Origin: an uncultured Armatimonadia bacterium
GTDB lineage: Bacteria > Armatimonadota > Zipacnadia > CAVVLO01
Assembly: GCA_963749155.1 (NCBI GenBank)
Contig: CAVVLO010000001.1
Span: 128,001 to 192,000 of the forward strand
Direction of reading: 5' to 3'
Length of the DNA: 64,000 bases
The notes under the pieces were generated by a model that was not told where the DNA came from, ran no database searches, and was given only the letters and a program-made list of their open reading frames with translations. Position 1 is the first letter of the stretch. Every line of letters begins with the position of its first letter. Both the position numbers and the translations under genes were made by a program. Below are positions 48,119 through 58,983 of the stretch, one piece after another.

Positions 48119-49248
48119 GGCCCGGTGATTTCCTGGTAGAGGCGAAGGACTCGACCACCAGGGCCCGCGCTGGCCTGCTCGCTACTACCCACGGCCGAGT
48201 GCTCACACCCGTCTTTATGCCCGTCGGCACCCAGGCCACCGTGAAAGCGCTGCCGCCTGCGTTGCTGAAAGAGATGGGTACTCAGATTCTCCTCAGCAAC
48301 ACTTATCATCTGCACTTGCGCCCGGGCGAAGCTTTGATTGAGGCGGCAGGGGGATTGCACGATTTTATGAGTTGGGACAGGCCGATACTCACCGACAGCG
48401 GCGGGTTCCAGCTTTTCAGTCTTGAAGGGCTGACAAAAGTGACCGATGCAGGGGTTGAGTTCTCCTCTCATATTGACGGTGAGCGACTCTTCCTCGGCCC
48501 TGAAGAGGCCATCGCCATTCAGGAGCGACTTGGCGCGGACATCATAATGGCTTTCGACCAGCCGGTTAAGTTCCCGTGCAGCCAGTTTGACGCCGAACTA
48601 GCCCTCGACCGCACCACTCTATGGGCCCAGCGTTGCAGGCAGGCCCACAGGCGCGAACACCAACTGCTATTTGGCATCGTTCAGGGGGGCTTCTGGGAGC
48701 CACTGCGCCTGAAATCGGCTGCCGAGATAACCGCCTTGGACTTCCCCGGCTATGCCATCGGGGGCCTGTCGGTCGGTGAGCCTAACGAGCGGATGTACGA
48801 GGTGCTGGATTATACCTGTCCCGCGCTGCCCGAGGCCAAACCGCGCTATCTGATGGGGGTCGGCACGCCCGAAGACCTGCTCGAGGCCGTCGCCCGTGGG
48901 GTGGATATGTTCGACTGCGTATTGCCGACACGGCTTGGACGCACAGGCGCCGCTTTCACCCATGAGGGACGCGTCTCGCTCAAAGCCGCCCGTCAGAAAG
49001 AATCCAGTCTCCCAATAGACCCGGAATGCGACTGCGCGACCTGCCGGCAGTTCTCCAGGGCTTATCTCAGGCATCTGTTTTGGGGGAAGGAGATACTCGC
49101 GTCTATCTTGACGAGTTACCACAATGTATATTTTCTGTTGAAATTGATGGAAACCGCCCGGCAGGCTATCTGGCTGGGTCGCTTTGAGCAGTTTAGCGAG
49201 GAATTCCTCGCGCGCTACAGAAGTGGTGCTGACGTCGAAGCTGAGTAA
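48115..49248 (+). CDS. tgt: tRNA-guanine transglycosylase
   Basis: TPVFMPVGT, NTYHL, LTDSGGFQ, GIVQGG, AIGGLSVGE, RYLMGVG, DMFDCVLPTR, CDCATC..H Zn site. Confidence 0.96.
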   Translation: MRPGDFLVEAKDSTTRARAGLLATTHGRVLTPVFMPVGTQATVKALPPALLKEMGTQILLSNTYHLHLRPGEALIEAAGGLHDFMSWDRPILTDSGGFQLFSLEGLTKVTDAGVEFSSHIDGERLFLGPEEAIAIQERLGADIIMAFDQPVKFPCSQFDAELALDRTTLWAQRCRQAHRREHQLLFGIVQGGFWEPLRLKSAAEITALDFPGYAIGGLSVGEPNERMYEVLDYTCPALPEAKPRYLMGVGTPEDLLEAVARGVDMFDCVLPTRLGRTGAAFTHEGRVSLKAARQKESSLPIDPECDCATCRQFSRAYLRHLFWGKEILASILTSYHNVYFLLKLMETARQAIWLGRFEQFSEEFLARYRSGADVEAE

Positions 49249-49264
49249 GGTGGAGGATATCAGG

Positions 49265-51874
49265 ATGAGTTTGCCCAAAACCGTAGAGTATACGCTGGAT
49301 AATGGCCTCAAAGTGCTGCTGATGGACTGGAAGCTCGCGCCTATCGCGAGTTGTTTCGTCTGGTATCGGGTCGGCGCGCGCAACGAGCGGCCTGGCATCA
49401 CGGGCATCTCGCACTGGTGCGAGCATATGCTCTTCAAGGGCGGCAAGCGTTATGGCAAAGGAGACATCTTCGGCGTCACAGCGCGGCTTGGCGGGTCGAA
49501 CAACGGCTTCACCTCGGAAGACTTCACCGCCTATTATGAGACCGTGCCGGCAGAGCATCTCGAAGTCGCGATGGACATTGAAGCCGACCGGATGGTCAAC
49601 GCGGTCATAGATCCTGACGAGGTCGCAAGCGAGCGCACGGTCATTATCTCCGAGCGCGAAGGGGCCGAGAACAGCCCCGAGTATCTGCTTTATGAGTTGA
49701 TGAGTTCGGTCTCTTACACCGCGCATCCTTATCGGTGGGGGGTTCTTGGCTACAAGGAAGACCTGCGAGCCATCACGCGCGACGACCTGTATACCTATTA
49801 CAAGCAGCATTATGCGCCCAACAACGCGGTGCTGATAATCACGGGCGATTTCGACGAGAAGAAGACGCGCAAACTGGTGGACAAATACTATGCCGACCTC
49901 GAACCGAGCGAGTTGCCCGGCCCGCCTCGCAGCCAGGAACCTCGCCAGCTTGGAGAGCGCCGGTGCGAGCTTCATCACCCAGGCCCGACCAATTATGTGA
50001 ATCTCCGATACCATGTGCCGGCTTTCAAAAACGAAGCCACTCTCCCCCTCGAGGTCGCCGTCGCAATTTTATCCGGGGGCACCTCCTTCGCGGGCGGGGG
50101 CAGTTCAGGCTACGAAACCTCGCGACTTTACAGAGCCCTTGTAGATAGCGGCATCGCTCTCTATGCTGGGGCGCGCCTCGATAGCAGCGTTGATCCCGGC
50201 ACGATGGGCGTTTATGCGGCGCTCAACACCGGCAAGTCGCTTAAGAAGCTCGAGAAGATTCTGATTACCGAGGTCGAACGCCTGGCCGAAGCGCCGCCCA
50301 CCAAACAGGAACTCGCCAGCGCGAAGAAGCAACTTATGGCCCTTCACTCGCTGGGCAGCGCCGGCCCGACCGACCTCGCAGAACTGCTTGGGTATTTCGA
50401 GATGCTTGATTCCTGGGAGCGCGCCTACACTTATCTTGACGAGATAGCAAGTGTGACCGGCAAGCAGGTGCAGGAGGCCGCCGGCAAGTATCTGAACTCG
50501 CTCAATCGGACTGTCGGTATCTTCTATCCCTCGGAGGCCAGTGGCGATGAGGCGTCAGCAGCAGGCGCTGCAGCGATGCCTCGGCGTTTTTATGCGACCG
50601 GTGGCAAGCGCAAGTTTGGCTTGAAGCCTGAGAAAACCACTCTCAGCAATGGGATGAAGGCCCTGGCAGTCCAGCGCACCGACACGCCGGCTGCGGTCTT
50701 CAGCCTGGTGCTGCCAGCGGGAGAGGCCTGGGATACACCGCAGGCTGAGGGACTGGCTTCCTTCACCTCGCAAGCATTGATGCGCGGTACCACAAAACAC
50801 AGTTACCAGGAGCTGTTCGAGCAGCTCAGCAGGCTGGGCGCGAGTCTCGACTCGGGCAGCGGCAAGCTGACCTTCCGGATGGCAGGCAAGTGCCTGGTCG
50901 AGGATTCAACCAAAATCTTGAGCGTTGCCAGAGAGTTTCTTGCCGAACCCAGTTTCCCCGCTGCCGAAGTCAGCAAATTGAAAATCGAGACCTTGACCGG
51001 CCTGGCTCAACGTCAGCAGAACACCCGCTATGTCGCAAGCAAAGGCCTGGCGCGCAAGCTCTACCCTGAAGGGCACGCTTACTGGCTGCAGCAGATGGGC
51101 GAGATGGCGACTGTGGAAGGTTTCACGCGCGCTAAAGCCCAGCGCTTCTGGGAGCAGAAATTCGGCCCAGAGGGGGGCCTGGCGCTGGCGATTGGCGATC
51201 TGCCCACCGATCAACTACTGACGCTGCTCGAAAAGTCCTTCGGCAAATGGCGCAAGCAGGGCGCAGGCTGGGCCGAGATCGCCCCTCTGCCGGCTCTAAA
51301 GCAAGGCTCGCGTCAATTTATCGAGGTGCCGGGCAAGACCCAGTCGGATCTGGCGATTGGCTTCCGCGCGCTGGACCGGCGCGACCCGGACTATTATGCC
51401 CTGCTGGTCGGCACGCATATCTACGGGCGACACGGGCTGTATGGGCGCATCGGGAAGGTCGTCCGCGATGAGGGGGGGATGGCTTACTACTGCTATGCCA
51501 ATCTCTCGGCCGGCTTCGGCCCCGCCCAGTGGACTGTGATGGCCGGCGTAAATCCTGCCAATGTTGAACGCGCAATCGAGGGGATCCTCTCCGAACTGGC
51601 GCGCATCCGCAAGGAGCCGGTTACCGATGAAGAATTGTCAGATGCCAAGAGCAACCTGATTGGCACGCAGATCCTGGCAATGGAGACTCATGAGCGGATG
51701 CTGGGGATGCTCGAGGGTATCGAGTTCTTCCAGCTTGGCGACGACTATCTGGAGCGCTTCCCCTCGCTAATTGAAGCTGTGACGAAGGACCAGATTATGG
51801 CCGTGATGAGCAAGTACCTGCCGAAGGGGAAGGAGACCATCGTCGTCGCAGGGCCAAAAGCGCCTCAAAGCTAG
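49265..51874 (+). CDS. M16 (pitrilysin-family) zinc peptidase, fused two-subunit type
   Basis: LDNGL, GISHWCEHMLFKG (HxxEH), ERTVI.SE, YAPNNA. The second half has LSNGM and VRDEGG.AY. Confidence 0.92.
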   Translation: MSLPKTVEYTLDNGLKVLLMDWKLAPIASCFVWYRVGARNERPGITGISHWCEHMLFKGGKRYGKGDIFGVTARLGGSNNGFTSEDFTAYYETVPAEHLEVAMDIEADRMVNAVIDPDEVASERTVIISEREGAENSPEYLLYELMSSVSYTAHPYRWGVLGYKEDLRAITRDDLYTYYKQHYAPNNAVLIITGDFDEKKTRKLVDKYYADLEPSELPGPPRSQEPRQLGERRCELHHPGPTNYVNLRYHVPAFKNEATLPLEVAVAILSGGTSFAGGGSSGYETSRLYRALVDSGIALYAGARLDSSVDPGTMGVYAALNTGKSLKKLEKILITEVERLAEAPPTKQELASAKKQLMALHSLGSAGPTDLAELLGYFEMLDSWERAYTYLDEIASVTGKQVQEAAGKYLNSLNRTVGIFYPSEASGDEASAAGAAAMPRRFYATGGKRKFGLKPEKTTLSNGMKALAVQRTDTPAAVFSLVLPAGEAWDTPQAEGLASFTSQALMRGTTKHSYQELFEQLSRLGASLDSGSGKLTFRMAGKCLVEDSTKILSVAREFLAEPSFPAAEVSKLKIETLTGLAQRQQNTRYVASKGLARKLYPEGHAYWLQQMGEMATVEGFTRAKAQRFWEQKFGPEGGLALAIGDLPTDQLLTLLEKSFGKWRKQGAGWAEIAPLPALKQGSRQFIEVPGKTQSDLAIGFRALDRRDPDYYALLVGTHIYGRHGLYGRIGKVVRDEGGMAYYCYANLSAGFGPAQWTVMAGVNPANVERAIEGILSELARIRKEPVTDEELSDAKSNLIGTQILAMETHERMLGMLEGIEFFQLGDDYLERFPSLIEAVTKDQIMAVMSKYLPKGKETIVVAGPKAPQS

Positions 51875-51891
51875 ACGACTTCCACATAGAT

Positions 51892-51937
51892 GAACCGGTG
51901 CAAGCCTGATTTACGCGGCCTGCACCGGTTCTTTTTT
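51892..51937 (+). terminator. Intrinsic terminator between convergent genes
   Basis: GAACCGGTGCA..TGCACCGGTTC stem followed by TTTTTT. Confidence 0.75.
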
Positions 51938-51941
51938 GTGG

Positions 51942-54327
51942 TTAATCGAGTGAGAAGATACTCCCCAGTGGGTCCACCTGGCGCGGTTTTCCCTCAATTG
52001 TCACCGGGCCGCTCCAGTCAGACTGCGGCAAGGCGAACACCAGCCACTTGCCTTCCTTCTGGAAGGGCGTCAGTGTCACAGTTGCAGTGGCCTTGGTTGG
52101 GCGGGCCAGCACTCGGACGCCTGCCTGTCTCAGCGCATCGAGGGCCCAATCCACTTGCGGCAGGTCGAAGTTGGGCGAACCTGCCCTGCAGATGAGCCGC
52201 GGGGGCGTGTTGCCGCCCTTGTCGAAGAGGCGGTAGGTCTCTCCCAATAGCTGCTTCCCAATTGGCTTCTCGAACTGGCGCGCGAATTGAGGCAAGACCT
52301 GCGTGGGAAGCTCGCGCCCTGTCATATCATAGAGCCCAAACCGGCCCGAGCCGATCAGCTTCACTCCAGTCGAGACCGCCTTGCCAAGTGTAAGCAAGGC
52401 CTCGCGTGAGAGATAGGCCGAGTCGGGTATCACGACGGCTTTATAACCTGCCAGGTCGGCGGACTCCAGCGCATGCAAAGTATAGACATCGGGGCAGACA
52501 CCCGCGCGCACCAGCAGCTTGTACCAGCCCATATAGTCAGCCCAGTCATTGGCTGGCTGGGGTATGTACGGGAAAAGCGGCATCACTGGCTCGACGAGGG
52601 CTACTTCCGAGACAGGCTTTGCGCCTTCAAGCTGGCTTGCCGCCTGCTTCGTACTGGCGGTCATCCGGGCCAGCGCCTCGACGCCAAGCTCCGCATAGTT
52701 GTAGTCGGTAGTGCCGTACCAGCAGTAATACTGGATGCCGCTGTCCGCGCCGCCGTGCTGCACGACCGAACGCGAGGTGCGCGTCAGGCCTGCCTCGCCA
52801 AGATAGGTGCCCTTGGTGAAATCAATCAGGTCAATTGCCCACATTGGCTTGTCGAAGCGCCTGCACCATATCGAAAGCCGCGGTGATCGAGTCAAAATCG
52901 CCCTCTGAAGAGTTGAGCTGCATCCCCAGGACGGCCTGATTGTCGGCGTTTTCGGCCCAATAATCGAGCGAGATGGCTATCTGCTGGGTGTAATCCCACT
53001 CAAAAGGATTGCCAAAAGCGAAGGTGAGATAGGTAACGACAGGTCGATTTGGGTCTGCCGCGCGGCACTCGGCAGCCATCCAGTCGATAAACTGGGCGAA
53101 ACTCTCATACCGGTAGTTGAACCAGTCGTCCACTACGGCCAAAGGGTATTTTGGATTGCCCTCCAGCTTGCCATCGGGCTTATATCCGATGGTCATCTGA
53201 CCGGGTACATCCCAGGAGTGGGAAAGCTTGTCCTCTTCGCCCGCCGTCCACGCAATAAACTGCCAATCGCCCTTAGCCGGGTCGAGGGTCGTATTAGGGG
53301 CCAGGTTGTTACCCGCCTCATCAAGCACCCGCACGGCGTGGAAAGTCGCCTTGCCCGTACCTCGCAGCTTGGGCAGCAGCCAGGCCCTGGCCACGCGCTC
53401 TGGGACGGTCAGCGAGAAACTGATCGTGCCACTACCGTCAGGCTCAGCGAACACTGGGCCCTGTTCGATTTTGAAGGGCAATGGGTCATCGGCGGTCAGC
53501 CAGGTGATCTCAAATCCCGCTGACCCCGCTGTCAGCCCCTCAGTCGTCACGTCCAGCTCGAAGGTCAGCTTCTGACCCGCCACCACTGGTATATGGCTCT
53601 CGCCGGTCGTGCACCAGCAGACATCGCAAGAAGCGCTCGCAGGCAAAAACTCGCCCTGCGAACCGTTGGCAACGCCTGTCTGATTAAGCACTGGCGGTTC
53701 GAGAGCGCTCCAACTTGGCCAGTTGCTGCCCCAGCGCCGATTGAGGGCGCCAAGCGAGCCATACTTCTCACGGAGCCACTCGCGGAAACCTGCTTTGTCA
53801 GGTTCGGCATACGAATAGCTTAGTTGATGCCACCACTCGCAGCCATTGTTGTAACCATAAACCTGGTCCGCATACTTATGATTGCTCAGGTATTCAACAG
53901 TCTTGCGGATATAACGTGAGAGATAGAAACGATAGGTTTCAGACTGGTAACAAGGGTCGTCCAGCAAGTTGCCGGAAGCAGTACTGTTCGTCTCGCCCTG
54001 TGCCTTCAACTTCGCGACCAGCCACTTCACCACGCCGGCATGCGCAGGCCCGGCCTCCATCAAGTAGATGACCTGCATCCCCGTCTTGTGCGCCCATTCG
54101 AGTTGCTGGTCGAGCATCGAGAAATCCCACTTGTCTTCCTCAGGCTCGATGAAGGTCCACGGCGCGCGGATAATGCAGACATTCGCGCCAGTAGCAGGCA
54201 GTGAGTCGTCTTCGTGGACGACCATTGGGTAATGCGAAACGAATCCAATAGGGTAGTCAGCAGCCAGCGCAAAGACTCCTGCCCCCAGGAGGACCAGCAA
54301 CAGACCGAGCAGCTTGCTCATTGTCAC
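51942..54327 (-). CDS. Secreted GH42-like (beta-galactosidase-type) glycoside hydrolase (frameshift ~52860)
   Basis: Signal peptide, WTFIEPEE..WDF..LD, FREWLREKYGSL.ALNRRWG, DWFNYR. The C-terminal trimerisation-like domain LAGYKAVVIP is in the next frame. Confidence 0.75.
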
Positions 54328-55588
54328 ATCTCCAGAGAGGCCAGTATCTCTCTGGTCTGAGCCAGCCCCTCGGCAAAGGCTGTCACGACTTCTTCGAGCA
54401 ACTCGTCAGGCATATTGAGCGCCGGCTCGAAGCGCATTACCGTCGGATTGTTAAGTGTGTAGGCGACCAGGATGTGACGCTGCGCCAAAGCCGCGATCAT
54501 AAGGCCACCGATGTCATCGTGGGAGAACTCAACCCCGATTATCAAGCCCATCCCGCGCACCTGGACGACGAGGTCAGGATATTGACTGGACAGTTCGCGC
54601 AGCTTGTTCATCAGCCACTCGCCCTTGCGGCTGCCTGGGCAGGAAGGTCCTCTTCCTGCATCACTTCCAGTGTCGCAAGTCCCGCCCGGCACGCCAGGGG
54701 GTTGCCGCCAAACGTGCTGGAGTGGATTAGTGGGTTCTCTTCAAATACTTTCCATAGCTCAGGCGTCGCCGAGAAAGCGCCCAGAGGCATAACCCCGCCC
54801 CCAATCGCCTTGCCCATAGTCATAAGGTCAGGCGCGACACCGCAATGGTCGGCGCAGAACATACGCCCAGTCCGCCCAAAGCCAGTCTGCACTTCATCCA
54901 GAATCAGCAACGCCCCGTGCTTGTCACAAAGCTCGCGCACCGCTGGCAGATAATCGGCAGATGGCACATTTACACCACCTTCACCCTGGATCGGCTCGAC
55001 AATGAAAGCTGCTGTATCGTCGCTGATCGCGGCTTCCAGCGCCGGCAAGTCGCCGAAAGGTACATGCACGAACTCAGGCATCAACGGCCTGAAGGGCTCT
55101 TTGTATTTCTCCCGGCCCGAAGCCGAAAGTGAGCCGAGTGTCTTGCCGTGGAAAGCGCCCTTCGTCGAGATGATCTGAGGCTTGCCGCTAGCCATCCGGG
55201 CAATCTTCAGCGCGCCCTCGACCGCCTCGGTGCCGCTGTTGCAGAAGAAAGTGTATTGCAGCCCGCCTGGCATTACTTCTGCCAGCGCTTCCGCCAGGTC
55301 AGCTTGCGGCTTGCAGTACATCAGCTTGCTCGAAAGAGGCATCTTCCCGAGCTGGTCGCGCACTGCCTCAATGACCTTCGGGTGCGAATGGCCCAACGCG
55401 AATACCCCAAAACCGCCCAGGCAATCGATGAAACGCGTCCCCTCAATGTCCCAGACCAGACTGCCCAACGCGTGGTCTTCGATGGTCCCGAATCCCATAA
55501 AGTTGAAAACGTCCGCTAACGAGGGGTTCACGTATTTGTGAAGCTTCTTGAAGGTCTGCTCGATCTCAGCCTGCTCCTGCTGTCCCAT
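54324..55588 (-). CDS. patA: Class III PLP aminotransferase, putrescine aminotransferase (PatA)-like (frameshift ~54628)
   Basis: FIDCLGGFG, NSGTEAVE, FHGKT, EPIQGEGG, DEVQTGFGRTG, MGKAIGGG, STFGGNPLAC, TLNN..MRFEP. Confidence 0.8.
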
Positions 55589-55649
55589 AACGGCTCCTGC
55601 CTGACGCGAAGTTTTCACGATGATAGCACCGCACTGCCTCGCTAGCAAA

Positions 55650-56068
55650 GGCGAAGACCGCAGAGGTCTCGCCTCTGCGTACGCCTAAGACGTAACTCGC
55701 AGAGGCGCTGCCTCTGCACTCCGCTGGGGACAGTGTCCCCAGACCCCCGGACTCGGGCGGGGCGGCCCCACTGAGGGGGCCTTCCCACCCGGGAATGCAG
55801 GGCCAGAGATATCGTCACTAGCGAAGGGCAAGGGCAAAACCACTGAGAAGCTTTAACCCTGCCTGGGCATACAGGGCAGGCGAAGCGAAGCTTCGTGTCT
55901 CGAAAGTCTTTGCCCTTCGGATTCGCTGAGTTGTTGTCTTCTGACACGCTGCTACCCAGTGCAAGGGCTCCCTCGCCACACCGAGGGGGCCCTTGTACTG
56001 ACTAACGGGGTCTGGGGACTGCGTCCCCAGCGGAGTCCAGAGGCAGCGCCTCTGGGACATAAAGCTCT
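55650..56068. repeat. ~420-bp palindromic REPIN/MITE-like element, copy 1
   Basis: 48-bp outer inverted repeats (55700-55747 / 56007-56054, 44/48 match) and inner IR CGAAGGGCAA/TTGCCCTTCG. The arms are near-identical to those at 58593-58983. Confidence 0.85.
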
Positions 56069-58551
56069 CACTCCACCTTCCTATACGTCCATAACAAGGC
56101 TGCAGGGGCTTCGGGGGCTTTGGCTTCGAAGCCGGTGGCGAGAGCGGCACCGGTGGCGGTGAGGATTTCGCCAGAGTCGGCATCAGTGAGTTGGTAGGTC
56201 GCGTCGGGATCGAGGCCGCGCAGGTGGAGGGTGAAGGATTCGTCGGGACAGTCGGCGCGGCGGAAGGCCTGGATGAAGCCGCGGCCTTCTTCGGGCAGGT
56301 CGAACTGCCAGGCCATCCAGACGTTGTTGGCGAGGCTATAATCGGAGAGCGGCCAATAGTCGCCGAAATAGCAGCCGGAGACCTCCTTCCACTCGGCATA
56401 GAGCTTGCGCATCAGGTCGTAGTCGAGGTCGGTGCGGCGGGTATCGAGACCGAGAGTGAACTCGGGCGACATCTGACTGCGGATGAGATATGGGTCCACG
56501 GTGAGGAAACCGGTGCCGTTGAAGGGCATCCAAAAGCTGAGGCCATAAGTATGACATTGCTCGCCGACTGGCTCGAAGGTGTAGTCGCTGCGCAGCAGGG
56601 GCACTGCGCGACGGAGTGTCTCGAGATCGTTGCGGCGACCTCCGGAGGCGCAGGAATCCATCAGCGCGCCGCCCTGCCGGGCCAGAAATTCGTCCAGCCA
56701 GGCCAGATAGCCCTGACAGTAGAGATTCTCGGTCAGCCCCCTGCGGTCGGTTGAATCGCCACTTTGCCAATAACCAAGCGGGTCAATATTGAAATCTTGC
56801 CGATAAACGTCGATGCCCTGTTGCTCCATCAGGCGCGACATATGGGTAACGAGCCAGCGCTGCACTTCGGGCAGACCGAGGTTGAGCAATCCCTGCCCCC
56901 CGCCATAACCCAGAATCCAGTCCGGGTGGCGATCCCACAGATAGGTGCCCTCGAAGACGCGCTCGGGCTCGAACCAGACGATGACGCCAATAGCTTGCTC
57001 ATGACACCAGTCGCTGACCTCTCGGAGCCCTTTTGGCCAACGTGACGGTTCGACTTCCCAGGTACCTGTGCGCGGCCAGCCTTCAGGTTCGCATTGGTAC
57101 CAGCCCGCATCTTGCCACCAGAAGTCAGGTTTGAGGTCTTCTTCCACATAACGCTGGAGGAAGTGGAGCTCCTCCGTGGCGTTGGTGATGATGCCTGGGT
57201 AGTGATTGCCGTTGCAGGCTGAGGCCATCGGCTGGAGGGGTTTGCCGTGTGGGTGCGGTGTGTTGTGGGCGAGCATCCAGCGACGCCAGATGTTCTGCGC
57301 GCGCTGCCAGTCGCCTTCGTACCACTGCAAAGCCACCAGGGGACCGCGCGCCGTTTCGCCCGGCTGAAGTGAGAAACGCGTCGTCTCCTGCCCGCCGGCC
57401 AGTCGCAGAGAGTCGCCTTTCCTGAGAAAGTCTGCAGCCCACTGCCCCGGCCAACCGATCGCCGCGATTACACCACCAGTACCAGTCTCCAGGTTGAAAT
57501 ACGGCATATCGCTGTTGGTGGGCCGGCCGCCGCCGGTGGTGATCCGTTTGCTTGCGCCGTCAGGTAGCGATGTAACTAGCGGCTGATAGTCGCGCGGCTC
57601 GCAAACGCTACCGACGAAGTGGTGAAGCAGTGGCTCTTTAGTTACAGGGAAGGTCGCATCCAGCCCCCTCAGTTGGCTGACAAGAGGTGTAGGTTCATCG
57701 CCCGTGTTGGTGAGATAAACGGTCCACTCAACTGTTGGAAAATCGTCATATTCGACCGCGATGCACTTTACCAGCAGGCCTGTGGCGGGGTCTAGATACT
57801 CGATTGTGCGCTGTTTGCGCGCCCAATCGAGGCGCTCAGCATGCTCCGAATAGCGCCAGGCGGGTAACAATTCGTCTGACGACTTGCCGTCGTAAAGGAA
57901 GGAGAACGGCACCGGCGAGTCGGAACGCTCCGGTACAGCCTCTGCCAACAGTGGAAGGTCGCCAAGCCGCACGGTAGAGCCATCCTCGAGAGTTACCGTC
58001 GCCTCGGCCCAGTCGGCCTGGTCGCTGTTGTAGTTGTCGCCGCCGTCCTCGACTACAATCACAAACTCTCGCGCACCACCGAGGTCCACGTCCACTCGTG
58101 TCGCAGGCTCCTTGCGCAGCTTCAGCGGAGAGCGGTAGACCTCCTTGCCCGCTGCCTCGACCACGAACACCACGCTGCCGCCGCCCCACTGGCCATTGGT
58201 GTCAATCCCCACCGCTGCCGTGAATCGCCGGGCCGGCTGCGAAAGTTTCACGACAAGCCGATTATGCGCGTGGGCATAAAGCCCATGCTCGAATACTTCA
58301 TCAGCGATGCGCAGCTTGCTTCCGTCGCGCTCGTTACACTGGATGGGGAAGGAAGCATACTCGATAAATAATCCTGTATCCGGCTGTGGCAGTTCAGCCA
58401 CTAGCCCAACCTTCGGGGCGCGCGCGAAAGCCCGCTCTGCCCACCGTTTGGCCTGGCTCAGCTCACCCTTGGCTGGCATTACTGCCAGCGCCGGCAAGGC
58501 AATAATCACCAACAGTATGTAACTCACCATCGCAACTCGCATCCAGCTCAC
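56068..58551 (-). CDS. Secreted alpha-galactosidase (GH36-like) with NPCBM domain
   Basis: Signal peptide. NPCBM motifs GLYAHA, FTAAVGID, SVVFVV, DQADWAEA. Catalytic region WQDAGW, VWFEPE, YRQDFN, SCASGGRR, RSD. Confidence 0.88.
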   Translation of the reverse strand: MSWMRVAMVSYILLVIIALPALAVMPAKGELSQAKRWAERAFARAPKVGLVAELPQPDTGLFIEYASFPIQCNERDGSKLRIADEVFEHGLYAHAHNRLVVKLSQPARRFTAAVGIDTNGQWGGGSVVFVVEAAGKEVYRSPLKLRKEPATRVDVDLGGAREFVIVVEDGGDNYNSDQADWAEATVTLEDGSTVRLGDLPLLAEAVPERSDSPVPFSFLYDGKSSDELLPAWRYSEHAERLDWARKQRTIEYLDPATGLLVKCIAVEYDDFPTVEWTVYLTNTGDEPTPLVSQLRGLDATFPVTKEPLLHHFVGSVCEPRDYQPLVTSLPDGASKRITTGGGRPTNSDMPYFNLETGTGGVIAAIGWPGQWAADFLRKGDSLRLAGGQETTRFSLQPGETARGPLVALQWYEGDWQRAQNIWRRWMLAHNTPHPHGKPLQPMASACNGNHYPGIITNATEELHFLQRYVEEDLKPDFWWQDAGWYQCEPEGWPRTGTWEVEPSRWPKGLREVSDWCHEQAIGVIVWFEPERVFEGTYLWDRHPDWILGYGGGQGLLNLGLPEVQRWLVTHMSRLMEQQGIDVYRQDFNIDPLGYWQSGDSTDRRGLTENLYCQGYLAWLDEFLARQGGALMDSCASGGRRNDLETLRRAVPLLRSDYTFEPVGEQCHTYGLSFWMPFNGTGFLTVDPYLIRSQMSPEFTLGLDTRRTDLDYDLMRKLYAEWKEVSGCYFGDYWPLSDYSLANNVWMAWQFDLPEEGRGFIQAFRRADCPDESFTLHLRGLDPDATYQLTDADSGEILTATGAALATGFEAKAPEAPAALLWTYRKVE

Positions 58552-58592
58552 CTCGCGCTAAGTATTGCAGCCAGGGGGCCGGGTTCCTGCAG

Positions 58593-58983
58593 GGCGAAGA
58601 CCGCAGAGGCTCCACCTCTGCACTCCGCTGGGGACAGTGTCCCCAGACCCTCGGACTCGGGCGGGGCGGCCCCGCAGAGGGGGCCTTCCCACCCGGGAAT
58701 ACAGGGCCAGAGATATACGTCACTAGCGAAGGGCAAAGACAGAAGCCCCTACGGACTCACCTGCACCAACTGGCACTGGCGGAAGATTGCTCGGAAGAAG
58801 TGGTGTTTTATTTCCTAAAGCCGTTGCCCTTCGGATTCGCTGAGTTGTTGTCTTCTGAGGCACTGCCACCCAGTGCAAGGGCTCCCCCAGCTACACCGGG
58901 GGAGCCCTTGTACTGACTAACGGGGTCTGGGGACTGCGTCCCCAGCGGAGTCCAGAGGCAGCGCCTCTGGGACGTAAAGCTCT
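58593..58983. repeat. ~390-bp palindromic REPIN/MITE-like element, copy 2 (direct orientation to copy 1)
   Basis: Same left arm (CCTCTGCACTCCGCTGGGGACAGTGTCCCCAGACCC..CGAAGGGCAA) and right arm (TTGCCCTTCGGATTCGCTGAG..GCAGCGCCTCTGGGAC.TAAAGCTCT). The centre is different. Confidence 0.85.

Noticed and set aside
55642..55947. Short ORFs inside the repeats (55642-55947, 58463-58736, 5176-5781)
   Set aside because: They are translations of palindromic repeat sequence with no protein-like features.
58766..58778. 13-nt match (CCAACTGGCACTG) between the variable centre of repeat copy 2 and the tyrS leader (minus strand, ~23527-23539), suggesting a guide-target pair
   Set aside because: A 13-mer match between ~165 nt of centres and 128 kb of both strands is expected by chance at roughly 0.3, and the match does not extend.
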